A DNA stretch of 64,000 nucleotides from the human T2T-CHM13v2.0 reference genome, Homo sapiens, in the NCBI RefSeq assembly GCF_009914755.1, contig NC_060926.1; one strand, 5' to 3'. The notes beneath the pieces are model-generated. The model was not told where the DNA came from. It saw only the letters and a program-made list of their open reading frames with translations, and made no database searches. A program made the position numbers and the translations under genes. Positions 13,623 through 29,420 of the stretch are shown here, one piece after another (the stretch's first letter is position 1; each line of letters starts with the position of its first letter).

Positions 13623-14537
13623 GTGAGGCTTGCTTCATGTATATTTTCTCTAATCTAAATGTCAGTTAATGATGAAAATCTCATAGCAAGTTATTTTGAA
13701 CTTAAAAGTCATATAAATAGGTCAAAATGTTTATTTTACTGTCCTACTTTGCTTTTTTTTTTTTTTTTTTTGAGCCTCTGGTTACGTTTTCTTGTATATT
13801 TACTTTCTCATCGTTTCTCTTTTCTTACCTTCCTCTTTGACTCCTTATCTTTCTATGCCAACCCTCTCTAAAAAGTCAGTATGTAATATAGCTGCTCTTT
13901 TATTTAAAAAATTTTAAGATTGATATTTGCTTACTATCATGTTATGAGGCTTTATTTATATGTGTATTACAAATATATTTGTTAACTACTAGCAAACATT
14001 TTATGTAATAACTTCGCTATTTTATTAAAATCCTGTTTTTAAAATTCTGAAATGTCATTTTAAGTAGAGGAGACAGGTGAAATTGTTCAAGTTTATTACT
14101 AAACCAGGAATAAGGAAGCTTAGATTCTCGTCCTTTTTTCAAAAAGAAAAATTTTAAAACCAGGCTTATTGAGGTATAGTTGATATAAGCTATATTTGAC
14201 ATGTACAATTCCATAAGCTTTGATATATACATATACACCCTTGAAAACGATACCACAATCATGATAGTGAATATATTCATCTCCCAACGTTTCTTCATGT
14301 CCCTCTGTAATTTTCTGCATTCCCCCTGCCATCCGTCCTTGTCCCCAAGATTAGTTTGCATTTTCTAGAGTTGTATATAAGTGGAATCATACAGAACTGT
14401 GTGCTTTTTGGACTGATTTATTTCAGCACAATTATTTGGAGATTAATCTATGCTGTTGTACTTGTTAACAGTGTACTTCCTTTTCTTGCTGAGTATTAAT
14501 AAAACTGTGGATGCACCACGGTTGTAGACCTGTGCAC

Positions 14538-14850
<313 letters not shown>

Positions 14851-15039
14851 TAATGTCTTCATCTGGTTTTGGTATTAGCATAACTCCAGCTTCATACAAT
14901 GAATCAGAAAGTATATTCTTATCTTCAGTTTTCTGGAAAAGTTGTGTAGTAGTGGAAATGTATCTTCTTATATTATACATGAATTTATTAGTGAAACCAT
15001 CTTGGCCTGAAATTTTCTTTGTGGGGGGTTTTTGTTGTG

Positions 15040-15603
<564 letters not shown>

Positions 15604-17275
15604 GTGGGACAGTTTTTAACAACAAATTTTATTCTTTAATAGGTACCTATTTAGGTTATCTGTCTCTCCTTGCATAAATTTGCACCTTTCAAGAAATTTG
15701 TTCATTTTGTCTATCTTGACAAATTAAAGGAATGGAGTTGATCATAATGTTTCTTATTATTTTAATACCTGTAGAATCTGTAATGATTTCACCTTCCTCA
15801 TTCTTGATACTAATAATTTGTATCTTGTCTTATTTTTTTCCTGATCAGTCTGGCTAGAGATTTATCAATCTTATTGATCTTCTTGAGTCAGCCTTTGTTT
15901 TTATGGACTTTTCTCTATTTTCTTTCCCCTTTCTGTTTTATTGATTTATATTCTCATCTTTATTTTTTCCTATCTTCTCACTTTGAGTTTAATTTGATCT
16001 TCTTTTTTTGTTTACTCTTACGTGTCCCTGCTTGGAAGGGACACTTGTGAAGTTTAGGTCAGAGCTTTCTATTCTCCTTGGCTTATATCTGTGGTCTAGG
16101 AAAATGAAATTTCTATCACCTTCTGGATAAATCACACTATTATCTATGCAGGCAACAATAGCACATATTTTCTCAAAGATTACCTTTGCCCTCAAGTTAG
16201 GTTTCATTTTTCTAGCAGTCTAAAGGTCATGAAATAAATTATAAAATAAAAACAGTGGGTCTTCAAGCTAGATGATACTGTTTTCTTTCTTGCATGGACA
16301 ATTATTTTAAAATATTTTGGTTTTTCTGCACTTATTATTTAAATATGACTCCCCACCCCCACTTGAATCTAGGGACATTGTAGTTTTCTACTGCAGACTT
16401 TGTTTCTGGTTTATACTGGGAATATATTGTTTATCATTTTCAGTGAAAGCATCCACTGGTTAAATTTCCTTTTAAAAATAATAATGGATCTTTACAATTT
16501 CTTTGAGCTGCTCAGTGTGTATAATGTGTTGAATTTTCTGTTAGTGGTTGGGAGGTAGAAATAGATACTTTATCTCTATTTTAGCCATTTCCATAATTAT
16601 ATATCTCAATAGCCTTGTCAATGCATCATTAGTCCTATGACTGAATTAATGATTACTTTTAGTAGTCACTTAGTTTCTTACTGGTGATGATGATTCTACT
16701 TTTGTGAATCATCTTGGATGATTCTCTAAAATCTTAGAAAGCTAATTTTGTTAATGCTATGCATATAACACATCAATACATTTTCTCTATTAAAAAAATT
16801 AAAGCGTTATAGGTAGATCAGAATTTACCATTACTAACTCCTCAGTCCTCCTTATTTCCCTGTTACCAGTTTGGTATATTTATATATTAGGTTGATCCAT
16901 ATGAAATTGCCAATATTATTTCTGAACTGATGAAAAGCAGCAATTTCTTATGATTCAACCTATTATATGTGCCCATAGACTACATATAATGACTTTGCAT
17001 GTTTTTATATTATAGTGCTATACCTCAAATACTGTTCTGCAATTTATTTTTTCATCAACAACGTCTTTTGATAATTTCTTTCATGGCAGTCTATACACGT
17101 TTCTACCTCCCTACTTTTAAAATGTTGCGTAATTTTCTAATGTTTGGATTTGTCATGGCTTTACTTACTTCCTAATGATGAATATTGGCATTATTAACAC
17201 TTGTAGTCATTAGGGTTCATATGACTATAAATTGCTCTTATAAAGCATTAGTACTATCCATTAAAACTGCTTTTA

Positions 17276-17598
<323 letters not shown>

Positions 17599-17651
17599 TT
17601 AAATGTATTTGTATTGAAAAATACTGAGATATAGTCCTTCTATTTAGTTAA

Positions 17652-18014
<363 letters not shown>

Positions 18015-18324
18015 TAATTCAGTCGTTTTATGTTTTGACCTTGAACATAACCTGTTGTGTTTCAACTCTGTCTTTCCAGGCTTCGGTTGTAAGCTTTTTA
18101 AAGAAAGAGGATTGTATTTTATGATTTTGGCAGTGCCCTCCTTGTCTTCTTCTACAACTTCTAGTTCAGAGCTTTATTTTGTTTCATATCACTCTAGAAA
18201 TTATTAACAAACCAGTGGCTACTTAGTTGATTTAGTCAAATAGAACTAAGTCCAGACTGAACAATATTGGTTGATAATCATTTGGCTGATACTGAAATTT
18301 GGATGTTATTCAAAATAATATTCT

Positions 18325-18740
<416 letters not shown>

Positions 18741-19161
18741 ATGTAATTATGTGCTGTATTTTATGTTTGCAGGACATCTCAGTTCAGACTAACTACATTG
18801 CAGATCCCAAGTGTGTGTCATTAAAATAGTGATAGATTTGTGTGTGTACATACCTATAATATTATCATTTATAGTTTCTTGATTAGAATTCTGCATAATC
18901 AAGTCTTACTAAGACAGGTTTATTATATTTTCTCATTACTTCTTGGTCTAAAGGAATTCTACCTCTAAAGAGAGAATGAGTTGAATAATAAAATGTCATG
19001 ACTCCATTTTGCTGTAGTATCTTAGCATTAATATTTGGAATTGTTATTCTAGACCTTAGCAAAAATATATGTTTTGATTATGAATTTTCTGAAGCTTTCC
19101 AGTTAAGTGCAAAACAAGTGAAAAATATAACTTCGTATTTTGTGTATTTTGCTTTTTATAG

Positions 19162-19263
19162 GTGTCTACTGCAGATATTTCATCAAATAAGGATGATGAA
19201 GAAAACTCTGTGCTCGATATGGTTGTGTTGTTTTCTAGCAGTGACAAGTTCACTTTGAATCAG
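19162..19263 (+). pseudogene. KMT2CP: KMT2C-like exon (~17), 102 nt
   Basis: tatag|VSTADISSNKDDEENSVLDMVVLFSSSDKFTLNQ|gtttga. Confidence 0.95.
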
Positions 19264-19455
19264 GTTTGAACTTGACAATTTACTGTCTTCCTCATTGAAT
19301 TCCTCCTTGCACATTTCTGCTTTATCTCATATACACAGAAGTGATCCAATATTTAGCTATAGAGCTATATTAGTTAAGAAGGTATTTTTAAAGTAAAATT
19401 TGTAGGTTTTTAGCTTAGTCTCCATTTAAAATATGTTCTGTTTTCTTAACTTCAG

Positions 19456-19560
19456 GATATATGTGTAGTTTGTGGCAGTTTTGGCCAAGGAGCAGAAGGA
19501 AGATTACTTGCCTGTTCTCAGTGTGGTCAGTGTTACCATCCATACTGTGTCAGTATTAAG
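19456..19560 (+). pseudogene. KMT2CP: KMT2C-like exon (~18), 105 nt, PHD4 N-half
   Basis: ttcag|DICVVCGSFGQGAEGRLLACSQCGQCYHPYCVSIK|gtaaac. Confidence 0.96.
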
Positions 19561-22551
19561 GTAAACATCCTTAAACTGAGTTAACAAATATGTATTGAAT
19601 TTGTATTTGGTTTTAGTAGTAACATGAGCTCCCAGTTCTCACAATTAAGTATTATGATTATTAAACATATGTGACAGTATTTAAGTACTTTAAATACTGC
19701 TTTTAAGGGTTTCCTATCTCAAGAAATTTGCTCCTCTATAAATCTTATATTGTACTAATATCCTGCTTTTGTCTTGAAAAAGTAAAACATAAAAATATAT
19801 GCATTTAATTTAAAAGACAATTTATACTATTCACAAAGATTTTAGGTTTAGCTGATTCATTTTGTCTGTTGATTTATAAAGCTGAGAACTGGAGTATTTA
19901 GTAAAAAATTATTAGCCCATTCTGTTCTTTCTCACATTCTCTCTCCTCTGTGCTCACTCATATACAAAATGACATTTTCTCCTTATAGCCAAAAGCAAGA
20001 AAACAAGTGTCATATTTAATGCAATCGGTAATAATCGAGAGTCAGCACTGCTCACTTTCAAGCATTTCAGGATAGAGGCTTTCTGGGGAAGCTTTTAAGT
20101 GGTATCGTGTGCTTGGTTTTAAATATGGACAGGTCTCAATACTTCACTAGTTGTATCTAAGGTTCTTGGTTTTTTCTTTTTAAGAACTCAGTCTTAATAA
20201 AACTTACATATTTGAATAAAGTGTCATGGCCACTGGAAGCAAGCATGGAGGTATAGCTGTACAGCAGAGGTCTTAAACTGTATACTCCACAAGGAAATCT
20301 TTTCTAGTATTGCCATACCATGTAATATAAATACTAACCTCAGTTTCAATAATAGGTTGTGAACCATGAGTGATTTTTATACCATTCTCCCCCGCCCTTC
20401 AGACATCACTGTTATATCATTGTCAGTAAAATGTCAGTATAGTAAGCAAATCAACATTATCTCCTTCAGAATTCTTTGTTGATAACTACACTAGTATTTA
20501 TTTTATAGGGTAATACAGGTTTTTGTGAATTTAGGAATCAAAATGAAAGATTGTAATTAATACTATCCAAAATAGAAGACTAGTACGGTTAATTTATGTA
20601 GTTTTTTAAAATTAGTTGCTCATGGTATGTGACTGAAAAACACAGAGTATATAAAGCCAATTAAAAATGGAGTTATATATGCATAAAACATGTTTCTTTT
20701 CTTCTTTGTACTTTATATTCTGTATAAAAGTAGCTGCTATCATTAGATTTTGTTTTTTAGAATGCTTAATGTTTTGGACCTAAGGAAATTGAATAAGATC
20801 CCTTCCAAGATAGTAATGTATTTCTTTTAACCCATCCAACAATTACCGAATTCCCATTTTACAGATGAGTACGACTTACATAAGTTAAGATTGGACAATT
20901 AGTGTACTATCAGACACCTAGTTATTCCTGTTTTTAAAAATTATGTGTGGTTCCTTTTACATGACACTGTTTCGGACAGTATATAATACTGCAGTCTCAT
21001 TGAGAAATACAGCAGTATCTAGAAATATACTAGGGATATGTGAATTGGCTCAGCTTGCATTTTTATTGCAGGAGGCAATTGTTTGTGGATAAGTTTGATA
21101 CCTTTGAAGCTTCTTTTTAAGCTTGCTGGGGCAAGTCTAGAAAGCCTTCACTCTAAGGTGGATATTTTCAAACTTTATGGTTTTAGAACCTTAACACTCT
21201 TTAAAATTACTGGGGACGCCATAGTTTTTGTTCATGAGGATTTTAACTATGGACTATTCAGCATTTTAGAAATTAAAACTAGGAACATTTTGTAACACAG
21301 GACTACAGAAGCACAACCTGTACAATGTCAATGTAATATTATGATACAACATGTAGCTTCTATAAACACCACTGTATAATTGTGAATAAATTAAAGTGAA
21401 AAAAGGCAAATTAAATCTTAGTATTATTTAAACTTGTTTTAACTTTACAGACCCACTGGGGTTCCCTAGTCCACATTTTGGTAGCTGCAGTCCTAGCATT
21501 AGTTTAACCCTATACTTAAGACTTGGCCTTTCTGGGATCACTACTGAATTCTACCCCCTGTTCACCAGTGTCTTTGTACTCTGACTGGTTGTGCTTCACT
21601 TGTCTTTGAGCCTTTTGCAAGCTCTGGTAATTGTGCAGCTTACAAATTCCCAGTAGATGTACTTTCCCCTGGTTGTGGGTCTTTGGGCTTCTAGAAGTAC
21701 GGCTTGGTGTTCCACCAAAGACTTCAGGGGATCCTTTGTAGATTTCTGGAGCTCTTAGTCCTTATTGCTTCTTCATTTTGAGTAGTGTGTCCTGCAAATT
21801 CCACTGCCTCGCCTTCCCTAACCTCAGCGAGGCCATTGATTGTACTCTGCTGAGGTTCTCCCTCCCTGGGCAGCGTTCTGGAAAATGTTTCTAGGCAGAA
21901 TATCATAGGACTCCCTGAGTGTTTCCTTCCTCTCAGAGACCACTGTCTCCTTTACTATGTGTTGTCCAATATCTGAAAACAGTTGTTTCACACACTTTGT
22001 CCAATTTTCTACTATCTTATGGGAAAACAGGCTGGTCCCATATACTCCATTATCGTTGAAGCATGTATCCGTATTAGATTATAAAACATATCTGTAACAA
22101 CTTTGGACATGGTACCATGGATGGAATCCTGGATGACATCTTATTTGAAAAAACTTTTAAAACTAAGGCTAAACTGGTTCAACAGAAGAAAAAAATGATA
22201 GTACAACCCCAGTAGCTAAGTTAAAAGGAAATTTCAAAGATGGAGAAATTGTTGAAGTGTTGAAGTACTAGAAGTCAAGAAACACAAACACTAATGTTTC
22301 CATTAGATTTGAGAATAAGAAGGTCTTGACAAGCCTGGCTTAAGCAGTTATGAGTGGATGTGGGTGTAGAGACCAGACTGTAGTGTTTTGAAGAGTGAAT
22401 ATAAGCGGAGAAACTTGAGAGTTTGGTTGTAAAAGGGACCACAGGTATCTGTGAAGAAAACTTAGTAGGAATGAAGATAAATATTTTAAAAATGCTGCCA
22501 CTAAACACCTCAGATCTGTCTGCCACTTTGTCTTCAGGTCATTGTTTAAGC

Positions 22552-22770
22552 CAGGGTCAGGCAGACTGGCCCATAGACTAAATCTGGCCCATTTCCTGTG
22601 TTTGCAAATAAACTTTTATTGAAATATGGCCAAGTTCTTTTGTTTACATATATTTGTAGCGGTTTTTGCATTACACTGGCAGAGTTTTTATAAAGTTGCA
22701 ACAGATCATATGGCCCTCAAAACTTTCTGTTTACTCTCTGGCCCTTTATTGGAAATGTTTGCTGGCTACT
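22552..22770 (+). mobile_element. MER58A-like hAT MITE
   Basis: aaatctggccc...tttgcaaataaacttttattgaaa...gttgcaacagatcatatggccc...ctggccctttattggaaatgtttgctggctactg. Confidence 0.75.
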
Positions 22771-22928
22771 GCTCTAAGCCACCCTGATCTTACCCCAGGC
22801 CATTTCCTTCATTTGGGCAAATAATATACTAACTTGGTAATCTAAGACAAATTCTTAAAAATCAATAAGCTAATCAAAATAATAAATATACATGTTTAAA
22901 AATCAAATGACATTAAAAACCTCGTAAT

Positions 22929-23228
22929 GGGCCAGGTGTGGTGCCTCACACCTGTCATCCCAGCACTTTGGGAGGCCGAGGCAGGTGGATCACTTGAGGG
23001 CAGGAGTTCAAGCCAGCCTGGCCAACACAGTAAAACCCCATCTCTACTAAAAATACACAAATTAGCCAAGTGTGGTGGCTCATTCCTCTAGTCCTAGCTA
23101 CTCAGGAGGCTGAGCCAGGAGAATTATTTGAACATGGGAGCCGGAGGTTGCAGTGAGCTGAGATCACACCACTGCACTCCAGCCCAGGCAACAGAGCAAG
23201 ACTCCATCTCAAAAAAAAAAAAAAAAAA
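22929..23228 (+). mobile_element. AluS
   Basis: Full-length with polyA. Confidence 0.95.
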
Positions 23229-24828
23229 GGCCTTGTAATGAACAACCAACTCTTGTCTTACTCTACCTCCACATCTGAGGGAATCACTTTTAATCTTTTC
23301 AGGTCTTTTTTCTTGTGGTCAATGCTATAGCTCTAAATAATCAACTGGTTTACTGCTTTATCAATGCTAGATTTTGTTGACTTTCTGCTATGAATAAATA
23401 AATTCTGATTTAGGTCTTAAAATACACCCCCTTCCTTCTCCCAATATAGTTGTATTACTATGTTTAGTTCAATTAATAAGGTGTTGGTTATGACTCAGTA
23501 AATGTTCACTGCAGATCTAAACAGTATACTATGAGTTTCTTTTGTCTTTCATGGAGTTTTTAATAACAAGAAAGTAATAGTGACTCTCCATTCGTTCTTT
23601 GTTTTTGCCTACTATAGAACTATCATATAAGATTATTTTTTAAAGTACTGTTTTTTTCTGGGAGAAGTCCTACCCTCTTTCTAGACATTCCCTTCTCCTG
23701 CTCTGATATGTGCCAGTGGCTTCTGGGTGTGTTGTTCTCATCCTTAAACTTCCCTGGCCTGATGTCCTTTGTCGGATCTGTTGATTTATAGATCCCAAGT
23801 CTTCCTTTTCTTTGTAATACATCCTCATTCTGTTCCGCATATCTCTAAGTAACTTTATTAGAAGGAGAATGAAGGAGCTGAATTTTGAGTCTTCCTGTGT
23901 CTACAACGTATTCTGTCTTCACACATAGTTGCTTGTGTAGCTAGGTTGAGAATTGTACTTTGAAAAGTATTTTCCTGTAGAATTGGAAAATTATACTCTT
24001 CTAGCATCTGGAGTTGGGAAGTTTTGTGCCATTCTGATGGGTGTTCCTTTGAATTTAACTCTTTTATTTTCTTCTCTGGTAGCTTTTAGGCTTCCATGTA
24101 CCTCATGATCTGAATTTTTATTCTGTACCCTCATTACTTGCTGTTTCATTATAATATGGGCACTTGATTGGTTCTGTCTGAGGATCCTAGTCTTTTGAGA
24201 TCTTTAAGAAGTTCTGCAATCTTAATATTACATGGTGTGGCTTCCTTCAGGAGTTTGTTAGGGATTTGGAAATTCCCAAATATTCTGCTAACTTATACCC
24301 TTGAGAGAGGGGAGAATAAACAGAGGAGTGAATGTGAACTTCAGAATTCCTAGCTTCATAGTCTAAATAGAAATCTTCTAAGATCATAAAATGTCCCTAA
24401 GAACTCATGCTTTACATTAATTTTTTGGTATTTTTTCTATTGATTCTAAGCATGGAAATGCAGATGGAGATTTTGTTGATGTATTTTCAAATTATGTATC
24501 AATAATAGTGAAGCTTACTTGATTTCTTTAAAATCTGGTCACTATATCTATAAATACAGTGGACATTAAATGTACAGCATAAGGTAATTATGTGGACTTT
24601 AAAAAGGCATTAAAATATGTGCCATTTTCTATTATTCTGCTCAGTAGGCTCCTAAAAGCGTGTATGAACATGCCCAACCCAGTATTGGGCCTCCGTAGGT
24701 GCTCAATAAATGTTAGTTGATTGCCCCTTTCTGCTTCTAGGTACATAAGCACCATATTAATTTATATAGTATATTTGATTATGTTAGGTTAATGCATAAA
24801 TCACATGGATTGGTTGTTTCTTTTACAG

Positions 24829-25010
24829 ATCACTAAAGTGGTTCTTAGCAAAGGTTGGAGGTGTCTTGAGTGCACTGTGTGTGAGGCCTGTGGGAAGGCA
24901 ACTGACCCAGGAAGACTCCTGCTGTGTGATGATTGTGACATAATTTATCACACCTACTGCCTAGACCCTCCATTGCAGACAGTTCCCAAAGGAGGCTGGA
25001 AGTGCAAATG
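24829..25010 (+). pseudogene. KMT2CP: KMT2C-like exon (~19), 182 nt, PHD4 end and PHD5
   Basis: tacag|ITKVVLSKGWRCLECTVCEACGKATDPGRLLLCDDCDIIYHTYCLDPPLQTVPKGGWKCK+TG|gttctc. Confidence 0.95.
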
Positions 25011-25265
25011 GTTCTCTAGGGTTTGTTTGCCTTGTTAGTCTTTCAAGTTCAGAGCTTTCTCATACCACTTTAGTTTTTAAAAATTAGCCATACCTATTTA
25101 ATTGAATAATACACATATTCTATGATAGATACCACTAATCAGAAAAATTTTCACATACACATTAAATCATTTGCCCCATTATATTCGTATGTAGCTTCCT
25201 GAATTACAGTAACTGAATAACTAAGAAAATAAAATTGAGACTTTTCGGGGGGATTTGGATTTCAG

Positions 25266-25430
25266 GTGTGTTTGATGCAGACACTGTGGAGCAACATCTG
25301 CAGGTCTAAGATGTGAATGGCAGAACAATTACACACAGTGCGCTCCTTGTGCAAGTTTATCTTCCTGTCCAGTCTGCTATTGAAACTATAGAGAAGAAGA
25401 TCTTATTCTGCAATGAAGACAATGTGATAG
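25266..25430 (+). pseudogene. KMT2CP: KMT2C-like exon (~20), 165 nt, three nonsense codons
   Basis: ttcag|CV*CRHCGATSAGLRCEWQNNYTQCAPCASLSSCPVCY*NYREEDLILQ*RQCD|gtattg; TGA at 25273, 25381, 25414. Confidence 0.96.
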
Positions 25431-25616
25431 GTATTGTGCTATTTTTTCATCTTTTTAAAGCTTTTCTCTTTGAAATGTAGCAAAAAAAAAAAAAATGGAA
25501 AATAGCTTTTCCTTAATCACAAGTTTTAGGTACAGAGCTTTTTGCCTTGTAGATTTTTGGTCACCTAGAAACTTACAGAATTGATTTCCTGTTTTGAATT
25601 CTCAACTCCAGACTAA

Positions 25617-25940
<324 letters not shown>

Positions 25941-26765
25941 AAGACTGAAGATTTTTAATTTAGGCCTTTTTGAGGGTTTAGGAATCCCTTGAAATTAGAT
26001 GGAGAATTATTGCCTTCATCTATGCTGTTTCTTATGAAGGGTTTCTGAATCTTTTAATAGATTATAAAAAATATCTAACACTTTCTGTTCTCCTTAAACC
26101 ACTTTCTCTTAAAGCTCTAGATACTAGATATCTAGGTATTAGATAGCACCTTCTGCCCTCCCTACGTAATTATGTAGAATTTCAAAATCAAGAATGTTTC
26201 CTTGCTTTCATTGGTATATTGTTGTACTCTTTAGAAGTTAAGCAGTGAACATATATTGATAGTACTATTTTATCAGTAGTACAGTATTCTTGGGACTCTG
26301 GCTACTAATTATCTGTTCCATTGCAAGACAACTTTTTACTTTATTTCCCAATTACCATTCAACATCGCTTTCCATGATATATGTCTACTTCAAGTTAGAT
26401 GCATTGCCTGGAGCCCATATATGCTAGCACTGCCATTTGCAGTTTTCTGAATACCTTTGTGTTTGCCCTAACTAGCTTCCTTGCTGTCTTTGAAATATTT
26501 AATATATGATGATAAAATAATTAGCTTCCTTTTGTAATGTGCTTTGCTTCCTCTCTAATAGTTGTTCTCATTCCTTTTTATTTCCTCCTTAGCTCTATGA
26601 AAGTTTTTCTGTTAATAGGGATAGTTAGGAGAAAAGGGCAAGGTAGGAGGAGCATGTGAGGCTTAGGGCTTTTAAGTTTGATGACTCAGTGTTACAGGTT
26701 TTAAAAGGTAGCAGTTCTCAGTATATTCCATTTTTTTTAAAAATGTACAAATATGGTCTTTTTAG

Positions 26766-26875
26766 ATGGATGCATGCAGTTCGTCAGAACTTAAATACTG
26801 AGGAAGAAGTGGAAAATGTAGCAGACATTGGTTTTGATTGTAACATGTGCAGACCCTATATGCCTGCGTCTAATG
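26766..26875 (+). pseudogene. KMT2CP: KMT2C-like exon (~21), 110 nt, PHD6 C-half
   Basis: tttag|WMHAVRQNLNTEEEVENVADIGFDCNMCRPYMPASN|gtaaga; zinc-ligand Cys of HAVC replaced by Arg. Confidence 0.95.
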
Positions 26876-27380
26876 GTAAGAGAGTAATTTAAACTGTGAG
26901 TCTGCACTCTTGTACCACTCACTTGCACCTTACTGTCCATAACCAATGAATTAGCTTAGCTCCACTCTATTTTGTCTTTGTGAAACTTACTTTGACAAGT
27001 ATTTTATGAAAAATATTATTGTTGGTTATACATGACTTATCACAACTTGTTATAAAACAATTTACATGAAACAGTAAAAAGCATATACTTTAGATGTAAA
27101 CTATAATTTTGCTTCCAAGGAACATGATCTTGTAGTTATTGACAATATGTTAAAATCCAATGTGTTGATTCTTTCTTAGCCAGGTTTTCCTCCATGACTT
27201 GAGTATTTCCTTCATCACTTCTTGTTTTGTTGTTGCTTTAAAAAGTGCTTTTAACTTTAGTGTTCAAACATTTATTTTAATAAAATGAGTATAGAAACAG
27301 AAATTTTAATCATATATAAGTATGTAAATACACTTTACCTTTTCTGAAAAGAATTACCTGGATTTTTTTTTTCATTTCAG

Positions 27381-27446
27381 TGCCTTCCTCAGACTGCTGT
27401 GGATCTTCACTTGTAGCACAAATTGTCACAAAAGTAAAAGAGCTAG
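27381..27446 (+). pseudogene. KMT2CP: KMT2C-like exon (~22), 66 nt, donor apparently lost
   Basis: ttcag|(V)PSSDCCGSSLVAQIVTKVKEL+G followed by ttaaaa instead of GT. Confidence 0.9.
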
Positions 27447-28144
27447 TTAAAATTTGGAATGCTTTACTTAATTTAATTAATTTACTTTGCTTAATTTTTA
27501 CATAATTGGCTTACCACTTGTAAAATCTGCTTCAATCATATGGTTGTTCTATCCAAATTCCGTAATGTTGGTAATCATTTCCACAATGATATATAAAATG
27601 TCATCCAGCTTTACTGGGGCAGTATTCCTATAAATTTCAGCAAGTTGGCAACAAAAATAACAGCTCTTAGAATAACCGTTAATGCCATACTTGCTTTGGT
27701 TTCATTGATATATTACTGTGCTTAATTATCAGTTAGCAGAAAATACGGCCTAGTTAGCAAGCAGATTTCTTTTAGAATTAATTCAATCTCTTAATTTTTT
27801 AAAATAATTAATAAGCCTAGTATGGTGATTAATATGATATTCTTATTAAACAGTCATTCTTTTGAATACTTGTATTTAATAGCACCTGATACAAAAACAT
27901 TTGGATAGTACAGAAATTGTTCTAAGGAACAACAGTTTTGTACATTTAAAATTAAATCTGCAGGATTTGTACTTATTTATTACTTCTCCCTATTAGTAAT
28001 TATGTTGATAATCTGATTTTTCCAGATGAGCTTCTGGAGTATTCTCTCTTCTCTTGCGTAAATAGATCCCTGCCTTTTGATCTTTTCCAGGAAAAAGCTC
28101 ATAGTGGATTAGCTGAGCATTGCATTTATTTGCAGTGCTTCTAA

Positions 28145-28477
<333 letters not shown>

Positions 28478-28712
28478 GGAAGACCATTTTTAAAAAACAT
28501 GTAACTTTTCTGCCTATAATCCAAGGAAGTTTGACCTATTGTTCCTAGTTTTTATTGGGTATCATGAAATTAATTATTCATGCATTTCATAGATACGTAA
28601 TTACTTTCTAGAACTACAGTCACATTCCCTTGACATGGGTATTTTGGAACAGTAATCAGTCAAATTTAAAATGAAAGTTTAAATTTGTATTCTTGGGATT
28701 TTGTAATTTTAG

Positions 28713-28925
28713 ACCCACCCAAGACTTATACCCAGGATGGTGTGTGTTTGACTGAATCAGGGATGACTCAGTTACAGAGCCTCACAGTTACAGTTCCAAG
28801 AAGAAAACTGTCAAAACCAAAACTGAGATTGAAGATTATAAATCAGAATAGCGTGGCCGTCCTTCAGACCCCTCCAGACATCCAATCAGAACATTCAAGG
28901 GATGGTGATATGGATGATAGTCGAG
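28713..28925 (+). pseudogene. KMT2CP: KMT2C-like exon (~23), 213 nt
   Basis: tttag|(D)PPKTYTQDGVCLTESGMTQLQSLTVTVPRRKLSKPKLRLKIINQNSVAVLQTPPDIQSEHSRDGDMDDSR|gtaata. Confidence 0.96.
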
Positions 28926-29420
28926 GTAATACTAATTTATTTTCCGTGAAATATGTGTGCAAGAATTACAGCATATAAAGTAACTTTTGAAATATGTGTA
29001 TGATTTACCAAGGGGTAAATCACACTGACTTAGATAACCCCGATGTGACCCTTGCCATCTCCAAATGAGTGATCTTCTTAGACCTTGCCTTTTCGGGTTC
29101 TCTTCCTTTCACACATTTTAGAACAGACCTACCTTACACAAATCTCAAGGAGCACCATATCTTTGAAGATCACAGGTGGGGAAATACAGAGGGCTTGACT
29201 TTAGTTTGCTAGATAACGACACAAACCTTCTCAGATACTGTGAGTTTGGATAATACCATGTTTAAGTTAAGGTAGTTGAGGCATACATTCTAGAAATGGA
29301 AAAGCTGTCATTTAATATTACTTCAGGTATAACTTCATATTCACCAGTGTGCATCATAAAGTATTGGTTTATAAACATTTTCTTAATCAAAGTAAATATA
29401 AGGTTTTTCTAGCTGAATTC

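Noticed and set aside
25266-25430. Three in-frame TGA as selenocysteine or readthrough recoding
   Set aside because: Each is a single-base change from Trp, Arg or Cys codons in a duplicate with other lesions; no SECIS evidence seen
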